Shown here: positions 49,316-62,949 of the stretch, in pieces
Layout of the letters: every line of letters begins with the position of its first letter
Numbering within the stretch: position 1 is the first letter of the stretch
From: Lingula anatina
Lineage: Eukaryota > Animalia > Brachiopoda
NCBI GenBank assembly: GCA_051362555.1
Contig: CM120648.1
Location: 14,256,587-14,320,586, forward strand
Direction of reading: 5' to 3'
Length of the DNA: 64,000 bases
Program-made: the position numbers and the translations under genes
The notes under the pieces: generated by a model
Told to the model about the DNA's origin: nothing
What the model saw: only the letters and a program-made list of their open reading frames with translations
Database searches by the model: none

Positions 49316-52300
49316 TCAGATTCATATGTTGTCTGTACATAAAATACATTAAGTACTCTGACATATATTCCTAGTTTTGTAACACTGAAAGTTTCAATTG
49401 GAAATCAATGTGAAGTGTCCAAGATGGGTCTCTTTCCAAAATTCATCATATGTTATGCTTAAAAAGGAAAACACGTGAGACAGTGATAATGATGATATCC
49501 ATGAATTTGAGGTTTGATAAAAAACACTACTGAGTGATGACATTATTGTCAATTTTTTAACCATTCGTTGTCAATTGCAGTATAAAAACTCATCACTTCA
49601 AGAAAAAAGGTGAAACATTTTGCAAGATATGATAGCTCACTGTTTCTTTCAGTTGTAAATGATAGCTTACTGACGATGGCTGAGGCAAAACAAAGGTTTG
49701 TTCTTCAACACAGTTTTTATTTATACATTAAAAAAAAGACCAAGCTCATTGGACAAACATCAAGAGAGAGTGTCAGAAGTTGGTATGTATACATGTACAA
49801 TGCGAGTTGAGTCTAGCAGGAATTATCATGTGAAAATTTAATCATCCACCCCCAGGGACAACCCAAACCCCAGGCACAATAAAATTCCAAAAAAGGTTTA
49901 TGCCTTATTCTAATAAAATGTCTATCAATGTAATTTTTATAGTCTAAGAAAAGATAGTATGTTACAAAGGAAAAACCTTGAAGTCCACCACCCCTAGGAG
50001 CAGCCCCACCCCCAGGAACACTAAAAGCCTGTTCAATTCAACTAGCAAACATATATCATACTTTGGTTTGATACATTACAATACAAATCAGATGGATCTA
50101 TTATCGTACGTTAAAAACCTTATGCTTTAATTCACTTAATTGTCAGTAAACAACCATTCACTTTTGAAAGATGCCAATACAATACAATACAATACAATAC
50201 AATACAATACAATACAATACAATACACAATGATGGGCCATCATATCTGGCAAAATTTTTCACCTGTAATTTTAGACAGTTCTTAAAAATGTGAGTGTACT
50301 GCAATCAATACTATTCGAAACTAAAATGTTAGTTTCTTTGCAAAACACTTAGTTAGCCAGTAAGTTTTGAGTGACTTACTGTTTAGACAAGTCACTATTA
50401 TATTTTTTTGTGAAATGGTGGCACAATTCTGTAACAAAAAATATTAAGTCAGTTTTGTCTAAAAGCTTAGTTTACAAAGATCTGGCTAAGCTGTGTTACA
50501 CAAAGAATCTAAAATTGATCAACAATTAACAACTCTATGTATTAGCACAAAAATTAATGCATTGGCACTCCTTAACAATGCATATTAAAATATGTACTAG
50601 TACTCTTTTGCAAAGAAAAACTTTCAAGAGCTCTTGCATTGGTCTCGATTTGCTACATGAAGTTACAGTTAACTACACATTGATTGTTCATGTGATAGCA
50701 CATACAAAAATTTTTTTTTTTTAATTTTTATAAGGGAGTGCCAAAGTATAATTTTCTTTTGCTAACATTAATAATGCTGTACAGTACTTACTTTCTGTGT
50801 CTTTGCATTTACTTGTACCAGTCTGGTCAGAACAGAATTTTAGAAGTGTTGATGTGCCTTGAGTACCACTGTGGTGAGTTTGTTGTCCATGATCCACAAA
50901 TCCTTAGGCAGCCTAATCTTGCTGAAATTGTAAAATGGTGAATTTTCATTAGGATATGTTATTTACGATTTCTCTTTCTTCCAGACAATGTTCACACCAA
51001 AATACTACTAAAACGTCTTTCAAAACAGGTATGCATCATATGTCATGCAAATAACCAGTAGCATGAAAATCTCCAATATTATGCTTTTGACATAATAACT
51101 TCTCTCAAAGTTGTGTTTTCAACTTACTAGTAAAGTGATTGTTTTGGTACCTCTTTTGAAAATAATTTTGGGCAATGCTTTATTTTATCAGTTTTGGGAA
51201 TTTTAATGCAGCGGCTGATGTCCATCGATACTCCCCCACATCACTGCTTCCCTGCATTGATATTGCTGGGGAGTATCGGTGCGGGGGAGTATCGGTGCGG
51301 GGATGTATAGGGATGTAATCTATGTGCTGCAATTTGCTTTGGTAAATATTGGCAGTTCAGTACCAGGAGTGCTCACAATAACATGATTTTGACATGTAGA
51401 TCAAGAATATGCAGAGGAAATAGTGCAATCTATAGGCAACTATATGTAATAAATTCCTTTAAATTCTTCATGAGATCATTTGCCTTATCTTCTAGAGAAG
51501 TAACCTAAATAAATTCTTTGTAAAATGTTTTTTAATCCTGTATTCATGTACAATACAATACAATACAATACAATACAATAAATTTTATTTCATGTCGGGT
51601 ATAAATTGAAAGGAAACATTAGCTTTACAGCTATTTGCCGACTGAAAATGATGTGTCAATAAAAAAAAATAATGGTAAAACTTGATAAATCGTCAATATC
51701 ATATATTTGAAAAACAAAACATAAAGCCACTTTTATTTATAAACCTCATATTTGATTACCAACTAATCATATTATTAAAATATTCTAATAATCTTAACCT
51801 ACATAAATGTAAATGTACTTCAAATATAAAAAAACACAATAACATTAATAAATAACCAAATAAATACATAAATCATATATTACCAACAGGCTGCCACTAT
51901 ACAAGGTACTATTCTCTAATGAAACAATTAAAAGGTGAAATATTTATTTGAAAACATGGAATATCCGAAAAATGGCTTTGTTAGCGGTTTATTCAATATT
52001 AAACTTGAATAAAAGAGAGATTATTACCTGCCAGATTCATCTGCCTGTAATTCGAATTGCAGAATAAATGGCCTCTGTAATATAGCTAAATATAATATCT
52101 CATACCTCTGATGACCAGAAATCCCACTCTATTGTATAACACTACAGTACTAGTATCGCCGGTTTTCTCTCTCCCTCTACTCACTGCAGGCTCTCTTGTT
52201 TCATACAGTCCCTCTTTGTTTCAAAACTCCCGCTAGTGTCTCGCTAGTTTTCCGGTCCCAGATAGTCCCAGATCACTTCTGAAGAGTACGAAACTCTTTC

Positions 52301-52878
52301 AAATACGAAAAAGAAGCGTCTATTCTTTTACTTTAAGTGTTTATGATAACCTTTTTATACATAGATCTATTAAAGTAATTATACATCGTACTTGTTAAAA
52401 TATAGATCTAACGTTTAACTTACACTCACTGCTGCGTTTTGAGAGAGGTTGTTGGGCTTTTCTTGCATAGATGCAACATGTTTGTCGTCTGCTCTCTGTT
52501 GTAGAAGCAGCTTGTGTTTTTAGTGTCTAAATCTAGATTGTTTTTCAAACACGCTAAATTAGTTTCAGCCTGGTACATTATGTCAAGTGAAATACTCGAG
52601 TTTAAGGAATTTTATGTGCAGTGGGTGTCCATCGATGTTGGAACAGCTGACTCTTGAACGTCTGAATTTGCAAAGAGTTACAAACAGGCGGTGTCCAGTC
52701 TACATACTTTCTAAATTATATATTCCATGCAGCAGGTGTGAAAATGTGTAGAGATATCATGCCATACCATGCCGATGAAAAGGTAAGTCTTGTTAAGACA
52801 TGGGGATAGCAAAATTACGTCATTTTTCAGTTTTTAAATAGATCTATGATACGTGGGTGCAGGTACTTTTGTAGTATA

Positions 52879-53423
52879 CCCCCCCCCCCCCCACCCTGTA
52901 ACTTCCTGAAACTTTCATTTTTCAAACATTTTTTTTTAATTTTTCCTTTTCACCTATGTCAAAGCTGTTGAAATAAAATGTTTTTGTAATTACCTGTGGT
53001 CTTTTTATTAGTTTTAATCACGTTTAATCCACCCCATTGAAATACAATGTGAAAATTTACAATGTACCTGCAGTCAATAACTTGCCGCGTTTTCGTTGGC
53101 TAACTGTACCTTATTTTATGTGAACATAGGATTGATACATTGTATACTTGGACTTCCTCTGGCAAATTATTATGAGCTACTTGTTCACATAAAATTACCT
53201 TAGAGTTAGCCAACGAAAACGCAGCAAGTTATTGACTGCGGGTGTAAATTGAAGATTCTAACATTGTATTTCAATGGGCTGGATTAAACGTGATTAAAAC
53301 TAATGAAAAGTCCACAGGTAATTACAAAAGCATTTTATTTCAACAGCTTTGACAAAGATGAACAAGAAAATGTAAAAAACTGTTTGAAAAGTGAAAGTTA
53401 CAGAAAGTTACAGGGTGGAGGGG
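52879..53423. mobile_element. Mirror copy of the foldback MITE at 1173-1713
   Basis: Same long TIRs and TA flanks. Confidence 0.8.
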
Positions 53424-54699
53424 TATTTTCGGTCTTCATTTTTTTGGTAATTTTCTCAAATCGTCTAAATCTGGTGGGAGTGCTGGTCAGATTGTATTGA
53501 ATGGCCAAACCTAACTGTAGAGGCTACATCCCTTTTCTTGCCTGCACCGATTTAAAGGGATGTATACCTTATTTTTGTTTGTTTTTTTTTTTTAGTTTTT
53601 GAAGCAGATTTTCGGTCAACAGACATAACAATTCGTATATATAGTAATTTCCACCTTCTTTAGTTATATATTTACAAAATAGCTATGCGACTGATGTATT
53701 TTGTTGGTCAATATTGACTTAGAAGTAGAGATTCTCTATTTCTATGATATTGAGTGACTCCTCAAGACATTCAAACAAAATACTAGTACATGTGGTACAT
53801 TGTACATGTACCCCCCCCCCCCCCCCCCCCCCCAATCCCCAAAACCAAGTTTGAGCATGGAGATTTTGAGAGTCATATACCCACTAGAAGAGGACCTTAA
53901 TGGCTATTAAACATGTACATTAGGGAGCCCGGAGGTAAAATACAAAAGAGATCCTGGTCGCCTTTTATTTTGTTGATGATAATTGATGTCTGAAAATTTA
54001 CATGTAGACTATGAATTTAGATTGATGTTGCTCTAGACCACAGTCTTGACCATAATACCTGCTCATTTTTTCTTATCATGCAATATGCTGAATGAAGGGT
54101 AGAGTAGGTAGTTATCTTCTAACACAGCCTACCTTGGGAATTTAAACCTTCATATTCATTTTTGGTGGTTAATTATTGAAATATATAGTGTTGGTCAAGA
54201 CGTTAACCCTTTCCAATCTGCTACTTGTGTCAGTTCCATGCTTTGCACAATTGCTTGCAATAATTAATGAATTGTACAACTGGCAGTGCTTTTCCTCCTA
54301 GTATTATAGTTTACAGAATGATAAAATAAGATTAGGCTACTAGTACGAGTACTCTTGTATCCTATAACTGAATAAGACACATGCAATGGTTTGACTTTTC
54401 CAATTAACTTGGTCATTTAACTTGCCCATTATGCTGTTAACAATGCAAAGACACCATAAAGAATGGGCCCAGCCAGGGCGTAATAAACATGGGGTCTGGG
54501 CTTTTTATGCATAGGAATAGATTTGATCCAGGCCTTTGACATATGTATATATATGTGTTACCTGCAGTGCATAATAAAAATTATTGGTAATTATAAGCTG
54601 ATAAGCATTATGTAACATTCATAAATGAAAATTATCAAACACAAGCCAAAAAAATTTCATACTGTTAGCTTTTATAAGAGGCATTTATAACAGGATCCT

Positions 54700-55450
54700 G
54701 GCCGCTCTATCATGGGATGGGACAATTAATTTCATAAGAGAAGAATGCATGACAATAAGCCAAGGGTCACTGATAATGGGTCAAAGGTCACATGAGGTAA
54801 TATTTTATGGATTTATCATTTATGTTTGAGAAAGAATTTAAATTTTGGTAAATTAATTGTAGGCATGGTATAGTCTAATTCTGAAGAACAAAATTTGTGT
54901 CCTCAACTGTCTTTATTTAAAAAATCATGTTAACTAATAAAATGAGAACATAACATTCAGAGTATGGGTTCTTTGAAAGTGGGGGTACGAGAGAGAAAAT
55001 GCTTACTTTATCATTTTGCTCAAAGATATAACAATGCATTATATATCATCATAGTGGCAAACGATGGAACAATTAATTTCATAAGTCATGAATGTATGGC
55101 AATTAGTCAAGGGTTATTGATATATGGTCAAAGGTAACAAGTGGTCATACTTTGTAGATTTTTCATGAATTAAAATTTTTTAGACATTGTTTAAGTGAGA
55201 AATTGGTATTTGGTGAATGATTTGTAAAGTTCGTGTAGTCTTATGCTTACATTTATAAACAAAATTGGAGCATCAGCAGTGTCTTTCTTTATAAAGTTAT
55301 GTTTACTATTTAAGTGTGAACCCAACAGTCAAAATATGCCCTCTTTGAAAGTGGGGGTAGGGGGAACTGTTCATTATTTGATAGAAGAAGATACAGCAAC
55401 AAATTGCACATAGTTGTGCATCTGTGGGATAGGACAACTAATATCCTGAT
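54700..55450 (+). repeat. Old degenerate tandem duplication, period ~350-370 bp
   Basis: ACAATTAATTTCATAAG at ~54722 and ~55069; TTTGAAAGTGGGGGTA at ~54972 and ~55344. Confidence 0.65.
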
Positions 55451-56302
55451 TAAGACACTTGAAAAGAAAGCAATCTCATTAAAAATACCCTATAGGTTTG
55501 ACGGTTAGTCAAGGTCAAATTTTAAGGAGTTTTTTTTTTTAGGTCTAAATGATTATTTTTTGTTTCAAAGAAATTATATTTAGGGATAACTTGATATTAT
55601 ATAATTATTTATGACTAATGCATTTAGTTTGAGACTGTATATATTCAATTTTCAGATTTTTTTATTCAAATATATATGACTTCAATTCAAAGTAGAAGTG
55701 GGGTCTTTCCATAAAAAGGAGCATTGGAGAGAAGTAATATTCTGAATGTTATTTGAAGATGGACTACAGCTTATATATTGCAAATTAAGCAATTTCCTAA
55801 AATGTATATATATTTTTTTTATACAACTTAAAGTATATTTTGTTATTTGTGGGTCAATGACAATAGGTCAGAGGTCACATTTGGTTACTTTTTCCCCAAA
55901 AAAAGCCTATGTACACTGTTTATTTTGATTCAGTATTCAAGGGGAATAGGTATTGTTTTTAATACTAGCATTCAGAAACTTTGTTTTTTTATTATATTTT
56001 TAAAAGGATTTTAAAATTTTGTATCATAATGCAACTGTCCATTGAAAATATGACAAAAATTAAAGTCTGCTTCATTCTTATCTCAGTAGGAGATAAAGGT
56101 AAACAAACTGTGTCTGATATATCCAGTATGAAGAGGAGATATCAGAATGCCCTTTAGCCTCATTCTGTCTTAAACATGGTGCCAATACCACAACAAGAGA
56201 ATTTAAGTACCATGCAGTTAGTCGACAGTTATGCATTTTAAAAATTTTGCATCAAAATATTGCCCAGTCCTCTCATGAAGTCAAACATTTGCAGATATTA
56301 TT

Positions 56303-56590
56303 ATTTTTTATGTACAGACACAGATGTGTCTGTACATATTGCCATCACCTGCGTCTGTCGTCGCCGATGCCGATGCCGATGCCGATGCCGATGGCGATGC
56401 CGATGCCGTCGCCGTGCACTTTCCTTGTAAACACGATAAGTGGAAGGCAGTTTTACTTTTTGGCTTTATATATACAGAGCTGATGAATATTCATAAAACG
56501 CAGGTCAAGTTCGAAAATCAGCATGATCGGGCCATTATTGTAGAAGTTATGCTGTTTTTTCACTTTTCAGCATATTTTTCACATTTCCTC
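56303..56590 (+). mobile_element. Helentron-associated non-autonomous element (HINE/DINE-1/pearl-like), 5' portion
   Basis: T-run, then a perfect 12-bp inverted repeat TGTACAGACACA-GA-TGTGTCTGTACA (56311-56336), then a (GCCGAT)n microsatellite, then the first ~160-bp core repeat. Confidence 0.7.
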
Positions 56591-57227
56591 AGATTCAATT
56601 CTTAGGCATGTTTACAGTCTCATTATTAAACTAATAAGATACGTAAAAGTTTTTGTTTGACATTTCCTGCATCTTTACAACATTGTTAGTTGATTTTGTA
56701 AAAATGATGGTAAACTTGTTATCGTGTATTGTGTAATAAAGTGTCAAAAATGGAAATAAACTCATATCATTGCAGTTTGTCAGATTCAATCATTCACTAT
56801 GTTCAGAATCTCAGAATGGAAGAAATTGGACATTTAACACTGCTTTATTGATATTTTTCCCATCTCATCAATTTTCTTAGTTGATCATATAAAAATGGCA
56901 GTAAACTGTTAATTTTGTTTTATGTTAAAAATTGTTAAAAATGGAAAAAAAACATTTCAGAACAGTGCTGTCTTGTTTACATTTTGGCATTTTCAAGTTG
57001 TGACTTAGAGGTTCCATGGGCCTGAAGACCTTTGCTAGTCACATTTTCTGAATATCCTTGATACTAATATTTTATTATTAAAAATTGATGGTCATTATGC
57101 TGTTAAACATTATGTAATATTGCATCAAAATTTGAAAAAAACCTATTTTGGGCACTGCTCCCATGATGACCATTTAAGAAAAACCATGTCACTTACTGTT
57201 CTCAAACAGTACAGTAAATATATATAT

Positions 57228-57780
57228 AGATGTGTCTGTACATATTGCCATCACCTGCGTCTGTCGTCGCCGTCATCGGCGTCGCCGGTGCCGTGCACTT
57301 TCATTGTAAACACGATAAGTGGAAGGCAGTTTTACTTTTGGGCTTTATATTTACAGAGCTGATGAATATTCATAAAACACAGGTCAAGTTCGAAAATCAG
57401 CATGATCGGGCCATTATTGTAGAAGTTATGCTTTTTTTTTCACTTTTCAGCATATATGCAACACTGTAAACACATTCCAAGGAAAACCGATAGGCCTGTT
57501 GTCATGAAACTCACAGGAGTAATCTATCTTACTAAAACGCAGGTCAAGTTCAAAAATCAGCATGATCGGGCCACTATTTTAGTAGTTATGCTGTATTTTC
57601 ATTTTTCAGCATATATGCAACACTGTAAACACAATATAAGAAAAACAGATAGGCCAATTGTCATTAAACTCACAGGAGAGGTCAATCTTACTAAAACGCA
57701 GGTTGAGTTCGAAAATCAGCATAATCGGGCCATTATTTTAGAAGTTATGCTGTTTTTTCACATTTTTCAATATTCATATT
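57228..57780 (+). mobile_element. Second, 5'-truncated copy of the HINE-like element with three ~160-bp tandem units
   Basis: Near-identical to 56322-56575; CAGGT(C/T)(A/G)AGTTC anchor at ~57380, 57540 and 57699. Confidence 0.75.
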
Positions 57781-57885
57781 CAACATCAACATAATGTGCA
57801 TTGCTAATTTAGAAAGCACTGAATCTTTCAATTTCTACATTTTGCTTAGATGGAACACTATCCAATGTGTAAACTGAATTGGCAA

Positions 57886-58066
57886 CAGGGGCGGATTTAG
57901 GATGTCTTCTGGGTCTTCCAGAAGACAGTCAGATTTTCAAGTTTACATCTATAGATACCCTCGGTAGGTATCTAATTTTTTCTGTTAGAAGAGGGTCAAA
58001 ATTGGAGGATTGATCAACAAAGATAATCTGGAAGACTGTCAGAAAATAGCTCTGGATCTGCCCCTG
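57886..58066. mobile_element. 181-bp MITE with CAGGGGC(G/A)GAT TIRs and a 5-bp target-site duplication
   Basis: GGCAA-CAGGGGCGGATTTAG...CTGGATCTGCCCCTG-GGCAA. Confidence 0.75.
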
Positions 58067-58259
58067 GGCAATCACTTTTAACTGCTGGGGCTCAGATACT
58101 GTCTGATGTTGAACTGCATAATGTTGGTTATACCCTCTACGAAAGCTCCAGGCATAACACAGGTGGAAAGTATTGATAATTTGAATTTTCTTTTTGTCGG
58201 TCAGCAAGAAAGTAGAGTACAGGTCAATGTTGCGATAAGACTTGATATGTGAGCAGACA

Positions 58260-59625
58260 TTATTCCAATTATAAAGGTATCTCAGCTTTTGCTCTGCATA
58301 AAGTTATAAATTTCTTAATGAGCAATATGACATTAGAGAGTTTCCGTTGCCGGTGAGATACGCCGGCTAGATTAATACGTCATCGGTTTGTGCGCACTTG
58401 TGACGTTCACCGCATTCATATACCGTCGTCCAATCTAGTCTGCGGAATACAAGCGCTCCTATCTAGCCAGTGAGGAAGATTATTGAAAATAGTTATTAAA
58501 GGTTATGTTTGCTAATTTATATGCCTTATATACTTTTTTTACCATAGTTCAAGTGTATGTTCATGCAAATTTCGACTTTTTAAGAGAGAGGAGGCGCTAA
58601 TTTTGGTTTATCAGGCACGTAGTCGGGGGTTGATCTTACTAACCGCCATATTTGTCAGGAAAAATTGCTCTTTTGGGCAATATTTGTCTCCTTTTTCATA
58701 AAAAAGAATCTTCACCTTGAAAATAGATGGCTAAGGGGTCGTATATTGTTAATTATATTGGAATGAGCGGGGCGGGAAGCGCCAGCATTCCGGGACTTTA
58801 CCGGAACGAGAAAAGAGTATCGCATTACTAGATACGTTTGCACATACGTAACAATCTAGCTGTCGTATCCCACCTGCACCGGAAACTCTCTAATATGAAG
58901 ACCCGGTAGCCTGTTATCAATGGTACCCAAAACTAACATTTCTATTTTTCTCTCAAGCTGTAACTCGTAATTTTGTTGAATACTCTGCAGCAGACATGTC
59001 CATATATTCTGGACATGAACACATTCCCATAATAAATGTTTTAATGTTTTGGCCTCAATTTTACAGAAAGTGCATATCTGTGACTCACTCAACTTTATTT
59101 TTTCCAGCCAATAATCAGTAAAATAGATACCATGATTGATCTTGAACTGTAATGTTTGTAAGCTCGCATCTTGTGTATACAAAAGGTCCAATGTAAATCA
59201 GAGCCCACGTCTCTTCTCCGAGTAAGGCCCCAATCCTTGTTTCCCAGTACCTGTTAGCCCTATTTAAGGATGGGTTGCTGTTTTTCAAGAGCATGTTATA
59301 AAAAAAACTTTGTTATCTTATCTTTTGATTTGAGTATTTTTATGTTATCATTCAAAATCCCGTCAATATTTTTCCCATACTCTTTTATGACTGGGCACCA
59401 ATCTCTTGGAATTGACTTTTTCAGCCCCAGATATTGAAGAAAGCTGAAGTTAGCGGTATATTTTCGGTTTAATTCTTCTAATGTGCTAAGTTCCCCCTAG
59501 TGTTCACAATATCAGAAATAAAGTAAACCCCTTTCTTACACTAGTTCTTAAAACAGAAGCTTTTACCTTCAATTATTAATTTTTCATTGTACCATAGAGG
59601 CTGTGATAAAATATCTGTAGAAATT
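58260..59625 (-). pseudogene. Degenerate L1/Tx1-clade LINE ORF2 C-terminal fragment (zf-RVT region), interrupted by a TIR element
   Basis: ORF 58856..59191 contains LQFKINH...CTFC...TLKHLLWEC...W, a CCHC zinc-knuckle pattern. Upstream is QPLWYNEK; the frame resumes as VILLIKKFITLCRAK beyond the insertion. Confidence 0.85.
58335..58891. mobile_element. Non-autonomous DNA transposon with ~39-bp imperfect TIRs (Harbinger/ISL2EU-like)
   Basis: AGAGAGTTTCCGTTGCCGGTGAGATACGCCGGCTAGATT at the left end pairs with AATCTAGCTGTCGTATCCCACCTGCACCGGAAACTCTCT at the right end; flanks are ATT and AAT. Confidence 0.8.
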
Positions 59626-59799
59626 CTAGAAGCTTAAATGCTACAGACCTTTTTTTTTTTTTTTTTTATGTAGAGCTTGTCAAGTGCAATACTGGAAGTA
59701 GTGTGCGTTTTTTTATGATACAGTTTAGGAGTTGCGCTATATCAAAAAGTACAATGTTGCAATATTCAGTGGTGAAAATAAAATGTGAAATACTCCAAA

Positions 59800-60410
59800 C
59801 TTAGAAGAGATATGTCCATACAGTACTTACAACTGTGACCTTTAAATTGACCTTTGACCTACTTTTCACCATAAATTGAACTTTCTAAATTTTCTGTTCT
59901 TTATGACTGTGATCCCATGCCTAGATCGATCCATCTGTATCAGTCTAACTCTCTGGGAAGTCTTACTAAATTGCTATCAACTTAACCTGCTTAAATGTCT
60001 GAATCAGCTAGGGGGTAAAGATAATTACCCCCTAATAATACTAGGCGTGACAGACATTTAAGCCGGTCAAGTTGATAACAATTTAGTGAGACTCCCCAGG
60101 GAGATAGATCAATCCAAATATCTGTGGGAATGGTCCCTATATCTCCAGAACTGGCAGAGATACCCCATAGTTACTATATTGAACTGGAAAAGGAAGCCAT
60201 GTATTGGCAATCTTACTGTAGCCTTGACTTTGAACTTTGACCTCCTTTTCACCATAGATTGAACTTTGCAAAATTTCTGTCTCATATATCTTGAAAACTA
60301 GCATTGGTTAGCCCATAGTTTCTATTGTATTTGAATAGGAAGTCACATATTGGCAATCTTATTGTGACCTTGAGTTTGTCCTTTGACCTTCTTTTTGACC
60401 AAGAACTACA
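59800..60410 (+). repeat. Degenerate TGACCTTTGACCT-containing tandem repeat family (block 1)
   Basis: ACTGTGACCTT...TGACCTTTGACCTACTTTTCACCAT units; same family as 62950-63510. Confidence 0.75.
59910..60137. mobile_element. Palindromic MITE related to 46901-47087 and 61791-62016
   Basis: Shares TAGTGAGACTCCCC...GATAGAT...GGGAAT at the right end and is internally self-complementary around ~60020. Confidence 0.65.
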
Positions 60411-60417
60411 TATTTTC

Positions 60418-60418
<1 letters not shown>

Positions 60419-60470
<52 letters not shown>
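60419..60470 (+). repeat. Poly-C tract of ~52 bp
   Basis: Direct read. Confidence 0.95.
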
Positions 60471-60543
60471 TTCAAAACTGACAGACATAGCCCAGTATTA
60501 TCCTAGCTAGGTTTCAAGGTCTGCAAGTTGGCAGGGCAATTTA

Positions 60544-61324
60544 CCCAGTGGCCAAATCATGTTGTTTCAAACAATGAAACAATGTTGAACTATAACGTTG
60601 ACAAGACATTAGATTAACGTTGGATTTGAAAGTTGGATCAATGTCAAATAACAACGTTGTATCAATGTCAGATAACAACATTGTATCAACCCCAGTTGTT
60701 AACAACATTCTTGCATGAAAAGACATTAAAATGACCTGTTTTTATTTTTTATATAAAACACAGGTACACAATTATAACGTACACTGTAAAAAACATCTAA
60801 GTGCCTGCTTTGTCTCATTGTTTCAACGCATTAACCCAGCAGGCATAGTTGCGTTGGATCAACGTTGAAAACAGGTTGATACTTTGAATTGCTGTTGATC
60901 TACCTAAATTCAACGTAAAATCAACGTTGATCCAGCCACGTCGAAACACCGTCATAATGTGACGTTGACTCAACGTTGTATTTTGGTCATGCATTGACAC
61001 AACCTTGCAGACATGGATTATATTTTAAAATATTATTTGTTGAAAACGTGATACTTTGTTTATCAATACTGTTACTAACTTTATCAAAATAATCAAAAAA
61101 AAAAAGTGTTAAAAGTAAAAGTGACAGTTGTTTTGTGTCTTTAGTGAACTAGTAAATTTTCTTAACTTGTTATTCAGAAATACATTCAAATAAACTGAAT
61201 TCCTTGCAAGGTCAGCTAACACTAGGATGAATAAGTTGATGTAAATGTGATGGAGTGAATTAATAAAGTTAACAGTTCTTGGTAACCTGTAATACATAGA
61301 CAGGTTGAGGTGACTGTGACTTTG

Positions 61325-61403
<79 letters not shown>

Positions 61404-61619
61404 AATCTAAACCTTGGAAATTTTAACTTAAAGGCCATACTTTTATACCCTACCCTCAGGTCATTTCAATGTCTTTTCATGTTGTCTAACAACTGGTGTT
61501 GATACAACGTTGTTATCTGAGGTTGAGTCAACTTTCAAATCAAATGTTTATCCAACATCTTATCAACATTATGGTCCAAGGTTGTTTCAATGTTAAAACA
61601 ACATATTTTGCCCACTGGG
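60544..61619. mobile_element. CCCAG-terminated non-autonomous TIR element (EnSpm/CACTA-like) with CAACGTTG subterminal repeats
   Basis: CCCAGTGGCCAAA...TTTGCCCACTGGG; 60544-60700 mirrors ~61480-61619. No clear target-site duplication. Confidence 0.65.
61326..61400. repeat. (TA)n microsatellite
   Basis: Direct read, ~37 units. Confidence 0.97.
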
Positions 61620-61790
61620 TTAGCTCCTAAGCATGTTACATGCTTTTAGACTGGATGTATTTAGCAGTACTAGGACACATTTGATGGCTAAATATGTGTC
61701 GAGTGTATATGTATGGCCTATAAGTTAGGATTTCCCAGGTTTATATATATATATATATAAGAAAGTCATGGTCACCTCAACATGGTTTTA

Positions 61791-62016
61791 GGGTGCATTT
61801 TCAGAGATTAAGGTCGATCCAGAGATTAAGATTTAGATCGACCTAACTCCCTTGGGGGTTCACGCTAAATTGCAGTCAGCCGAGCGCGCACCATAGTTAA
61901 TTATCCCCTTACAGCTTTTAGTAGGCAGGACAGACGCTTAAGCCAGCTAAGCTGACAGTAATCTAGTGAGACTCCCCACAGGGATAGATCGATCTAAAAT
62001 CTATGGAAATGGGGTC
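61791..62016. mobile_element. PIF/Harbinger (Tourist-like) MITE with TTA target-site duplication
   Basis: TTA-GGGTGCATTTTCAGAGAT...ATCTATGGAAATGGGGTC-TTA; TIRs are degenerate. Confidence 0.7.
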
Positions 62017-62949
62017 TTAGTCCTGACCCGTATGCTCTGCTGCCAAGTCACCGTTACCGCTTCTCCACCTAGATTACTAGGGCCTATGTACCCATCTCTT
62101 GGCTTTAATTCACCTATAATCTCAACTCGTTCCACATAAAATTTAGGCTTTGTCGGTGCTGGGGTCTAGGTGTGGCGCACATTGCAATGCACCCTTGTCC
62201 AAAAAAGGCAAAAGTAAATGCTAATAATCTACCATACCGAAGGAATTATAGGAAAAGTTTCTACAGACGGCTGACCAAAAGTCATGTGTGGAGATTTCAA
62301 ATATTCCTTTGGATTTGACCTTTGACCTTAATTTCAAGGTCGAACGGGCCAAAATTTTCAAATAAAAAAAACGAATTTTTTTACGAAAAAAAAAATTATT
62401 TGTACTGATATTCAGAAACTACACAGACCTAACCTATAATATAATTGGAAGGTGTTACCCTTCAGGTCATTTTTTATCTCCGTGAGTTTGGGGTCAATTG
62501 GTGCATTTTCACGGGAGTAGCGGCCATAAGATACCGACACTGAAAACTGTCTCTAATTCGGAAACCTATTCTTTTTTGCATTTTGTAGAGCATGTCAAGC
62601 CCAACACTGGGGGTGGTCTCCATTTTTTTTTTTTTTTTGTTTTCCATTTGGTTTACAAGTTATGCTGTATCAAAAAGTACATTGTAGTGGTGAAAGCAAA
62701 ATGTGCAATATGGTAATGTGTAATAAATTTTGAACCATGGGAAAATAAAACATAAGGCTTGGCCAGGCAGACAACTTCTGGTCAAAAATAACATTATTTC
62801 ATGAAATTTGAACATCTGGAACTTCTGAGCACCTCCCATTTCAAGAATTTTAACCAAAATGACCTTTTCTTTATTTTAATTAATTAATTTTTTTCTGTAG
62901 GAAATTTATGGCACATTATTGTAACTCCAAAATTGTAACATTTAGTCCC

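Larger units (their letters stand above)
45961..54597 (-). repeat. Right arm of giant inverted repeat (non-satellite part)
   Basis: Reverse complement of 1-8566 with scattered SNPs, homopolymer length differences and one insertion/deletion block. Confidence 0.98.

Noticed and set aside
56247-57794. Short ORFs with PMPMPM/ADADAD tracts
   Set aside because: Translations of the (GCCGAT)n microsatellite and the ~160-bp repeats of the HINE-like element.
60282-60510. Poly-Gly and poly-Pro ORFs
   Set aside because: They result from the poly-C homopolymer.
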